Origin: Candidatus Heimdallarchaeota archaeon
GTDB taxonomy: Archaea; Asgardarchaeota; Heimdallarchaeia; Heimdallarchaeales; Heimdallarchaeaceae
Assembly (NCBI GenBank): GCA_018238545.1
Contig: JABCTC010000023.1
Span: 1-53,817 of the forward strand
DNA length: 53,817 bases
Reading direction: 5' to 3'
In this document: one piece after another, positions 46,649-53,817 of the stretch
Layout of the letters: every line of letters starts with the position of its first letter
Numbering within the stretch: position 1 is the first letter of the stretch
Translations under genes and position numbers: made by a program
The notes under the pieces: model-generated
Seen by the model: the letters and a program-made list of their open reading frames with translations, nothing else
Told to the model about the DNA's origin: nothing
Database searches by the model: none

Positions 46649-48865
46649 TTGATGTCAAAAAAACTAAAGGTATATTTCTACTTACTAAGTGCATTGTTAT
46701 TCATTCCATTGGTTTCTTCAAATACACTGTCATTTGATCAGGAGACTGATACGAATATACGCGCTGAAATTATCAAGGATCCAAGAGTACAGGCGATGAT
46801 TAAAGAGGATCCAATTAATCCTACGCAAATATTAAAACTGATAGAAAATCTGGAAAACGAGAAGAATCCACCTTCTGATCCTGAAGTTAGTATAGATACA
46901 ATAAAACGTGATGTTATTGATGAAGTACAAACCTTCTGGATGGTTACTGATTTTTCCCCAGTTACTTACAATCAAATAAGCGCCACATTGTTGGCAATAG
47001 GTGCTAATTCTTACATCTATATTGCTAGTGATGTTATAAGTTCAGTTGGAACTACTAATGCTCGAATTCGAGCTGAAGAATGGAGAGATGAGTTTGAAAA
47101 TAAAATTTATCCAAATAATCTCCTCTATTTTGGTGATCCTGACGGGTATCTAGGTGATATAGATGGTGATCACCATGTTACTGTACTTCTAGCAGACTTG
47201 GATGATGCTGCAGGCGTTGCAGGATATTTTGACCCTAATAATGAAAGATCAGGTTCAACTTCTAATACTCGTGAAATGGTTTATGTTGATTATGATTATA
47301 ACCGTTATAGTGTATTAGCTCATGAATTTCAGCACCTAATACACTATAATTATGACCCTTACGAATATTGGTGGGTAGATGAAGGTTGTGCAGAATATTC
47401 TGCTTATTTGAATGGTTACACTCTATCTACAAATCTAACCGAGTTTGCTCGAGATTATTTCCAACACAATCCTGAAGATTCCTTACTCTATTGGAATTAT
47501 TATGACCACGAGAATTCAGAAAACGTTAGATCTGACTATGGTGGAGCATATATGTTCATCTTTTATTTTGCTGAAAAATACGGATCAGATGCAGTTCGTA
47601 ATTTGGTTTCTGAAACGTTTGGCGGTCCATTAGGTATTGAGAATACATTAGATGGTCTAGGTTTTTCGATAGACTTCAATGAACTTTATCTAAATTGGGT
47701 TACAGCTTTAAATGTAGATGATCCTTCATTTGGTGGTGGACTCTATGGTTTCGAGAACCTTGATATAAGTATAGATTATGAGTTGATTTCCATCTTTCCT
47801 AATGTTAAAACTGACAGATTAAATCGTTTTTATGGCATGTATGTTGCTAAACTTGTTTCTCCAGGTGATTTTATGATACTCGAAATTACTCCTCCTGGTT
47901 CTTACTCACTTGCTATCTCTGTTGCAGTTCATGATATTGCTGGTTGGTCTGTCACTCAGGAAATTCTTGATACTGATATAAGTGTCCTGATAAATGGAAC
48001 CTTGGTGGATACTGTATATATTATTACTAGTATTGTTACTAGTGCAACTCCAGCTATTCCTCTAGCAGACTCTAGCCAATTCGGTTTAGGCTATACAGAT
48101 AATCTAGATTACACTTACATTCCTGGTAAGCCTTTAACCATCACAACTGGAACATTAAATTACCAAAGCAACAACTGGGATTTCTCCTTATATGATATTT
48201 ACATTGAGGATGAGAACAGTACTGAAGTAACAGATGCAAGTGGAATTTCTGTTTATGCCAAATTCGAAAAAAGTGGTTCGTCTTTGACCACTGAAAGCAT
48301 TGAAATGAATTATGATTCTACAAGCAAATGGAATGTTAATGAGAACTTGCAGTATTTCTTTGAAGGAGATTATGCGATTACTATTGTTGCTTCTGGCTCT
48401 GACCAATATGGTGAGCAGGAGTTATCCTCAATAAATATAGCACATATATTGGTAGTTGAAACCCCCATTATATCACTATATAATATTACTGCACTTTATG
48501 TCTTTACAAACTCATCATATACACAGCTTGGGGGTTGGCAAACCTTTACAGACGATGTAGAAGCTTATGTTCTACTATATGATGTTACAGATACACCTGT
48601 AGGTATTTTCGATATATTTTATAGGTCTTCATCTAATAGTTGGGAAAGTGATTTGCTTCTAATGCATGAGTATAATGGAGAATATTATATCAAAGTCAGT
48701 TTCAAATATGCAGGAAGGACAGTAAGATCTGAAGAATCTGATCACTTCCAATTAGAAGGGGAGATACCTACTCAAACAAATGGAATTGCATATCCTTTCC
48801 TCCCAATAGTTCTAATCATATCTTTAGGTGCTATAGTTTTCATAAAGAAAAAATTCAAACAGTAA
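46649..48865 (+). CDS. Secreted, C-terminally anchored zinc metallopeptidase (M30/M6-like)
   Basis: Signal peptide, AGYF, LAHEFQHLIH, WVDEG.AE, C-terminal TM helix + KKK. Confidence 0.85.
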   Translation: MMSKKLKVYFYLLSALLFIPLVSSNTLSFDQETDTNIRAEIIKDPRVQAMIKEDPINPTQILKLIENLENEKNPPSDPEVSIDTIKRDVIDEVQTFWMVTDFSPVTYNQISATLLAIGANSYIYIASDVISSVGTTNARIRAEEWRDEFENKIYPNNLLYFGDPDGYLGDIDGDHHVTVLLADLDDAAGVAGYFDPNNERSGSTSNTREMVYVDYDYNRYSVLAHEFQHLIHYNYDPYEYWWVDEGCAEYSAYLNGYTLSTNLTEFARDYFQHNPEDSLLYWNYYDHENSENVRSDYGGAYMFIFYFAEKYGSDAVRNLVSETFGGPLGIENTLDGLGFSIDFNELYLNWVTALNVDDPSFGGGLYGFENLDISIDYELISIFPNVKTDRLNRFYGMYVAKLVSPGDFMILEITPPGSYSLAISVAVHDIAGWSVTQEILDTDISVLINGTLVDTVYIITSIVTSATPAIPLADSSQFGLGYTDNLDYTYIPGKPLTITTGTLNYQSNNWDFSLYDIYIEDENSTEVTDASGISVYAKFEKSGSSLTTESIEMNYDSTSKWNVNENLQYFFEGDYAITIVASGSDQYGEQELSSINIAHILVVETPIISLYNITALYVFTNSSYTQLGGWQTFTDDVEAYVLLYDVTDTPVGIFDIFYRSSSNSWESDLLLMHEYNGEYYIKVSFKYAGRTVRSEESDHFQLEGEIPTQTNGIAYPFLPIVLIISLGAIVFIKKKFKQ

Positions 48866-48941
48866 TAATTTTTTCTCTTTCTTTTTCAATTCTTTACATA
48901 ATAGGCAATCGTTTATATAATAAAAAAAAGAATAATCTGAT

Positions 48942-49697
48942 ATGAGTCAATTAGAATTAAGTGATATCTTTTCTGTAGATAGAGAAGGAAAACCAACGAT
49001 GAAAATTGTTCTTTTTGGTCCCCCTTCAAGTGGCAAAACCAGTATGCTAACGGTTTTTAACGCTCTGCGTAGAATGGAAAACCCTGATACCATTGTTTCT
49101 AATTTATTGAAAATACAAGATGATTCTGGAAGAACAGTCTTTTTTGATCAAGGTGTCTTTCAAACTCCTCCCTTTAAGGGAAAGAAATTTGACAGGTTAC
49201 GATATCAATTATGGACCGTGCCAGGTGAAGACAGGCATAAAGTTCAAAGAGATATAATAATGTCAGGTGTCGATGCTGTTATACTCTTCTTAAATTTCGA
49301 AAATATTGCTAGACAACAGAATTTGGCCATTATACAAGAAGCTAAAGAGAAAATTGGTGAAAAGTTTGGCAAAAAAATTCCTGTTGTAGCTTATATCAAT
49401 AAATCAGATCTAGATAAGAATGAGTGTATTGATAAAAGAGAAATTATCAAGGATTTAATTAATGAAGGAGCAATTCAGAGTGACAAAGCAGCAAATGTTG
49501 TGATGACAGGAAGTTGTTTGAATGCTCGCAATGACTTACTTTCAATATTGAATTCGAAAAAACAAAAAGAGTATTTTGAATCTGATAGGTTGAGATTAGA
49601 TAAACGTCCAGAATCAGTCGGTTTGATAGTAAGACCAATTCAGAAACTTACACAGCTTGTTGTGGAACAAAGGTTAGAATATGTTCAGAGTATCTGA
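48942..49697 (+). CDS. MglA-like small GTPase, paralogue 2
   Basis: GPPSSGKTS, RTVFFD, TVPGE, NKSD; clearly similar to 36282..37064. Confidence 0.85.
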   Translation: MSQLELSDIFSVDREGKPTMKIVLFGPPSSGKTSMLTVFNALRRMENPDTIVSNLLKIQDDSGRTVFFDQGVFQTPPFKGKKFDRLRYQLWTVPGEDRHKVQRDIIMSGVDAVILFLNFENIARQQNLAIIQEAKEKIGEKFGKKIPVVAYINKSDLDKNECIDKREIIKDLINEGAIQSDKAANVVMTGSCLNARNDLLSILNSKKQKEYFESDRLRLDKRPESVGLIVRPIQKLTQLVVEQRLEYVQSI

Positions 49698-49804
49698 ACT
49701 GCCTTTTCCCAATCACTTTTGAAATTCATTATAATAATTGGAATGAAATTAAGACTTAATTAGCAAAAATGGCTAAAACTGATTCTTTCAAAAAGAGAAA
49801 GAAT

Positions 49805-50377
49805 TTAAAACTGAATGACATTATCCAAACTAATTTTTGCCAGTTCGTAAGGAGTGTTGCGAGGAATTTCTACTAAACGTAGTTCGAAATCTGCTCTTCT
49901 GAAATATCGATTTTCAAAGCCGAAATATTCATCCATAGTTTTACGTAACATTCGATTTAACGACTCTGTTATATCTCTTGTTCCGACTGGTTTATGATTG
50001 AAGTATTTCTCTTGAATGTTTTTAATTAGATCATATTTACTGAGCTTTGTTTGATCGCGTAAACGCAACAATTCTAGCATTAAAGCACTGCTAACCTGTC
50101 CAGAATAACAAGTTAATCGATTGATTATCCTCTTTTGTCGAACAGGATGTAATCCTTCCATATGAAATCGATCAATGCTCATAAATGAACCAGCACTATA
50201 AGCAATAATTAGCCCTAGTACTGTTGAGAACTCTCTGATTCGAATAGCTTCATTAAGCCGAACCCTTTTACCGTTCTCAGTGACGAATAGTTTAGATGAT
50301 TGCCGAAGAACTCGGTCAATCTGAGCCCTCACCTCTAATTCGTCCATTTTTTGCTGAAATACACCCATAGTAAACAC
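49805..50377 (-). CDS. Hypothetical protein (basic, helical)
   Basis: 190-aa ORF filling the gap; no motif recognised. Confidence 0.6.
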   Translation of the reverse strand: MFTMGVFQQKMDELEVRAQIDRVLRQSSKLFVTENGKRVRLNEAIRIREFSTVLGLIIAYSAGSFMSIDRFHMEGLHPVRQKRIINRLTCYSGQVSSALMLELLRLRDQTKLSKYDLIKNIQEKYFNHKPVGTRDITESLNRMLRKTMDEYFGFENRYFRRADFELRLVEIPRNTPYELAKISLDNVIQF

Positions 50378-50648
50378 CTTTACAGAATGTAATGTAATTG
50401 TAAAGAGTCATATGCACTTATATACTTTTTTCTGAAATAACCTCTTCCTAAATATAAACTTGCTTCTAAATCTATAAACCTATATGTATAAACGAGAAAT
50501 AGGCTTCTAGTGGAGATTTTTTATTAATAAAAAGCGCAGTTTAAAATAGAAAAATAACTTCTGGTTTATAAACCATTTTCCTGATATTACTATGCTGACA
50601 AACACTTTAAATAACAAAAACTAAAGTAAATTACCGTGGTGAAAAATT

Positions 50649-51695
50649 ATGCCAATTGCTCCAATGACAAATGCTGTAGGTATCGATTTAGGGACTAGTA
50701 CAATCAAAGTTACATGTGGTGACATGAAATACAGGATCCCTTCTGTTATAGGTACTCCTAATCCTGGCTGGACAGGTATGGCTACCGACAAAAGCTGGCT
50801 CAACAATCTAATTATTGACGATGATGGAACTGATGTATATATTGGTGAATTAGCCAGATTGCAAAGTGAAATTAGAAAACCTTTAGCTTCTGAGGGTAAA
50901 ATGAAATCTGTTAAAAACAGCGTTCTTGCGCTCAAAGCCATTTTAAGTCTTATTATGAAATCAAATTATGAACAATTTGTTATTTCTACTGGTGTTCCAA
51001 TTGCAACTGGTGTTGCAGAAAGCAAAGAACTAATTAAAGGTTTGAAAGGCACTCATGAGATTAAAGTGAAAAATGATGCTACAGGCGAATCTAAACAAAT
51101 GAAGATTCTTGTCGAAAACTGTTTTGTTATGCCTGAACCATATGGAACTTATTGGTATACCCTCAAAAATAGTGGGGTAACTACTGCTGTTGATTCAATC
51201 ATTGTAGATATAGGTCACGGAACAACAGATATCCTCTGTATGTATAAAGGAAACATGATGAGAGCAGCTTCTGGTTCTCTTGAAGAAGCAGTTGACAGTC
51301 TTACTAGTGCTTTAGCAAGAGCTATTCAAGAAAAGACTGGAAAGATAGTTAGACCTTTTGATCTCATGATGGCAATAGAGAAAAGCAAAAAAAACCTACT
51401 AGTTGGTGGGAAAGCGATTGATATTGGTTCTGCCATGAGTCAAGCCGTTACTTCAATTGCTGACGTTATTGTAGATGAAAGCAACCGATTACTTAACAAT
51501 TTGCCTCCTGATGCTTGGATTGAAAAAGTGATAGTTTGTGGTGGTGGCGCCTATGTTTTTGGTGATTATCTTAGACAAGCTTTCTTTGATGCTAACATTG
51601 TTAAAAAACCAGAAGAAGTGTTAACTCCTCCTGATGCTGTTATGTCCAATGCAATAGGTTTTGAAATGATTGCAGCTACAAAATTGAAAAAATAG
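50649..51695 (+). CDS. Actin-fold ATPase, ParM/StbA/MreB-like
   Basis: Phosphate-1 GIDLGTST, IPS, VMPEP, phosphate-2 VDIGHGTTD, adenosine VCGGGA, NAIG. Confidence 0.88.
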   Translation: MPIAPMTNAVGIDLGTSTIKVTCGDMKYRIPSVIGTPNPGWTGMATDKSWLNNLIIDDDGTDVYIGELARLQSEIRKPLASEGKMKSVKNSVLALKAILSLIMKSNYEQFVISTGVPIATGVAESKELIKGLKGTHEIKVKNDATGESKQMKILVENCFVMPEPYGTYWYTLKNSGVTTAVDSIIVDIGHGTTDILCMYKGNMMRAASGSLEEAVDSLTSALARAIQEKTGKIVRPFDLMMAIEKSKKNLLVGGKAIDIGSAMSQAVTSIADVIVDESNRLLNNLPPDAWIEKVIVCGGGAYVFGDYLRQAFFDANIVKKPEEVLTPPDAVMSNAIGFEMIAATKLKK

Positions 51696-51755
51696 AAAGA
51701 TTTCTTTTCTATCTATTTCCTTTTTTATTTACTCTAATCCTCTTCCCTGATAATA

Positions 51756-52517
51756 CTATTTTTGTTCTTTTCTTTTCTCCGTTAATTTAATTGCATATCC
51801 TGGTCCAGCTATAAGATATATTATCATATAGACCGCTATTCCATAGGCTATATATTTCATTATAAAATCTGGTAGAACAACGAATCCCATTACTAACAGA
51901 GCAGTAGATATGATCCAGAACATATCAAATTTTGATGGAACTCCCTTGAATGAAGGAAAAGGTATAAGAGATATCATGAAACCAGAAACAATTACTGTTG
52001 ATATCAGTATAACCCATTCCTGAGTGTCTGAGAAAATTACTAAACATGAAAGAACCATCGCTGCAAAAGAGCTTGGTAATCCACTGAAGTAAGGTGTGTA
52101 TAGGGGATCTCTTTTGATAAACCTATACAGCCTAAACCATGCTGCACCAAGAAAAACTAGCCCCCCAACCACCCCTGCAACTACATTCCACCCTTCAACG
52201 TTCCATTGTGCAATTCTATAACCTATGTACGTTGCAGGAAATAATCCGAAGGCAAAAGCATCCATTATTGTATCGATATCAATAGCCAACTTTTTGCTAC
52301 CACTAATTCTTGCAAGCTTTCCATCTGCAAAGTCTAGGATGGAACATATAGCAATGAGTCTAGCGAACCAATATTCCATGTTTGGAACGTTAAGAAATGT
52401 TAACACTATGCCAGTAATTGCAGCTGCTCCATTTCCTACTGTGAATATATTAGCTAAAATCCATGCTGTTTTCTTAATCCATGGTTTTTGTAGAAAAGAA
52501 ACTTCTTGCCAGTTCAT
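51756..52517 (-). CDS. pssA: CDP-alcohol phosphatidyltransferase, archaetidylserine/phosphatidylserine synthase
   Basis: ANIFT..N, DFADGKLAR, D...D..AFG..PA, RL.RF, F.GLPS; adjacent to psd. Confidence 0.85.
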   Translation of the reverse strand: MNWQEVSFLQKPWIKKTAWILANIFTVGNGAAAITGIVLTFLNVPNMEYWFARLIAICSILDFADGKLARISGSKKLAIDIDTIMDAFAFGLFPATYIGYRIAQWNVEGWNVVAGVVGGLVFLGAAWFRLYRFIKRDPLYTPYFSGLPSSFAAMVLSCLVIFSDTQEWVILISTVIVSGFMISLIPFPSFKGVPSKFDMFWIISTALLVMGFVVLPDFIMKYIAYGIAVYMIIYLIAGPGYAIKLTEKRKEQK

Positions 52518-52526
52518 TTAATCACT

Positions 52527-53186
52527 TTATTCATTGAAAGTAGCTAATATAGTGAGTCCTGCTTTAGCATATTTAGGAACGGGATCAATCAGTTTGAAAT
52601 TTTTCAGACCTGAAACTTTCAAGTTTATTATAGAACCAAATCGGATAATTCCTATCAATTCACTTTGTTTAACTTCATCCCCTTCTTCTGGATATGCTAC
52701 AGTTCTTCTTCCATAAATCCCAGAAACTTGTGTAAACTCGGCAATTATTCCTAATTCATTGTTTTCTATTACGATTATATTTCTTTGATTTCGTTTTGCA
52801 TAGTTAGGAAAGTATACAGGCCAATGAGATCCTTTCTGAAAAGTAATGCTTTTCACAACTCCGTCAATTGGGCTTCTGTTCATGTGAACATTGAAAGGAG
52901 ACATCAGAATTTGACATGAAAATCCATCTTTCATTTTTTTGACATTCATCAGAGTACCATCAGCTGGAGCTATGATTCCTTTAGGATTAATAATGATATC
53001 TCTTTTTGGATCTCTGAAAGTCCAGAAGATAAAAAGCCCACAGAAGAGAATTACTCCAAGTATACCAAAGTGCCAGTATATTGGTGTGGGTAACAGAACG
53101 TAGATGAGAATTGTAGCTATTGTACAGAGAAACATAATTGAACTGATTATAGTGACAATCTTTAATGACCCTTTAGCAATTTTCAT
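52527..53186 (-). CDS. psd: Phosphatidylserine/archaetidylserine decarboxylase proenzyme
   Basis: FRDP, APADG, MSPFNVH.NRSPIDG, IRFGS self-cleavage motif. Confidence 0.92.
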   Translation of the reverse strand: MKIAKGSLKIVTIISSIMFLCTIATILIYVLLPTPIYWHFGILGVILFCGLFIFWTFRDPKRDIIINPKGIIAPADGTLMNVKKMKDGFSCQILMSPFNVHMNRSPIDGVVKSITFQKGSHWPVYFPNYAKRNQRNIIVIENNELGIIAEFTQVSGIYGRRTVAYPEEGDEVKQSELIGIIRFGSIINLKVSGLKNFKLIDPVPKYAKAGLTILATFNE

Positions 53187-53298
53187 TTTAACCCTCGAGA
53201 TGTGGAAATTTTAATAGCTAGAGAAAAGAACAAAACAACTATTAAAAATGTTATGCTAAAAGGATAAAATAAGAAAAAGATAAGAAAAAAGAAGACTA

Positions 53299-53817
53299 TT
53301 ATCTTCTTCTGCGCTTGATAATGGCGGTTATACTAGCAAGTGATAAAATGCTAAGTAAAATAGCTATAGAAGATATTGGTGATCCTCTAGGATTCTTTGT
53401 AGGAATAATGTAAGTCACATCTAGGGTATTCCCACCAAGGTCTATTGTTAGAATTCGTAGGACATTGTCGCCATCAATTAGACTAGACGTGAATATCACA
53501 AAAGTCCTTTTAGTATCCGAAACTATTGTAAAATCAATATTTTTGTCATTCAGTTTTACATTTAGTGCTACAATTCTACTGATTGGTTCAGTAACCGTGA
53601 AGTCTAATCTTGCTACTTCGGGTTTTGTATAGTTAACCCAAGTTCCAGTAGAAATTTCTGGAGGAGAATTGTCATATGTGTTTTCACTTACATAAAAGTC
53701 ATCTTCACTAGCTACTTTGAATTTGTATACGGCTTCTGTAGTATAATCCATTCTATATGAATAATATCCGGTTGATACTTCTATTAGAGATCCTGTTTCA
53801 GATCCTGTTTCTGCTAC
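53299..53817 (-). CDS. C-terminal part of a surface protein with TM + RRRR anchor (5' end outside window)
   Basis: Frame is open from 53751 to the window edge; DNSPPEI Ig-like segment; terminal TM helix + KRRRR. Confidence 0.7.
   Translation of the reverse strand, partial: VAETGSETGSLIEVSTGYYSYRMDYTTEAVYKFKVASEDDFYVSENTYDNSPPEISTGTWVNYTKPEVARLDFTVTEPISRIVALNVKLNDKNIDFTIVSDTKRTFVIFTSSLIDGDNVLRILTIDLGGNTLDVTYIIPTKNPRGSPISSIAILLSILSLASITAIIKRRRR

Noticed and set aside
205-52716. Numerous 60-110 aa ORFs antisense to or nested in well-supported genes
   Set aside because: Shadow ORFs with no motifs or independent expression signals.
53788-53811. 12-bp tandem duplication AGATCCTGTTTC x2
   Set aside because: In-frame ETGS repeat within a surface protein; too short to imply a mechanism.

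Overview
AT-rich archaeal chromosomal segment, most consistent with an Asgard archaeon (probably Heimdallarchaeia). This is inferred from gene content: eS30, eS8, SRP19, Gar1, Nop5/fibrillarin, an Rpc34/TFE-beta-like protein, two small GTPases, an actin-fold protein and many C-terminally anchored surface proteins. It contains two TnpB genes, a conserved RNA-processing/translation cluster, the HMG-CoA synthase/thiolase/DUF35 triad, archaetidylserine synthase plus decarboxylase, and several transporters. The most striking unannotated signal is at about 4028-4314. It is a stand-alone transcription unit (TATA box, oligo-T end) in which a canonical-geometry bulge-helix-bulge motif, inside a degenerate tRNA-Cys-like frame, brackets a 235-nt structured RNA with repeated GAACCC-like motifs; this is a candidate dedicated circular ncRNA. 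Other notable points: a K-turn/H-ACA-like hairpin, a TnpB cassette with terminal inverted repeats, a TnpB with a RuvC-III Asp->His change, a thiolase lacking its catalytic residues, a circularly permuted family-5 solute-binding protein, a site-1-protease-like subtilase, an apparent ATT start for RNase HII, and MglA-like GTPase paralogues near coiled-coil/wHTH and actin-like genes. All calls are from motif reading by eye; no database searches were run.
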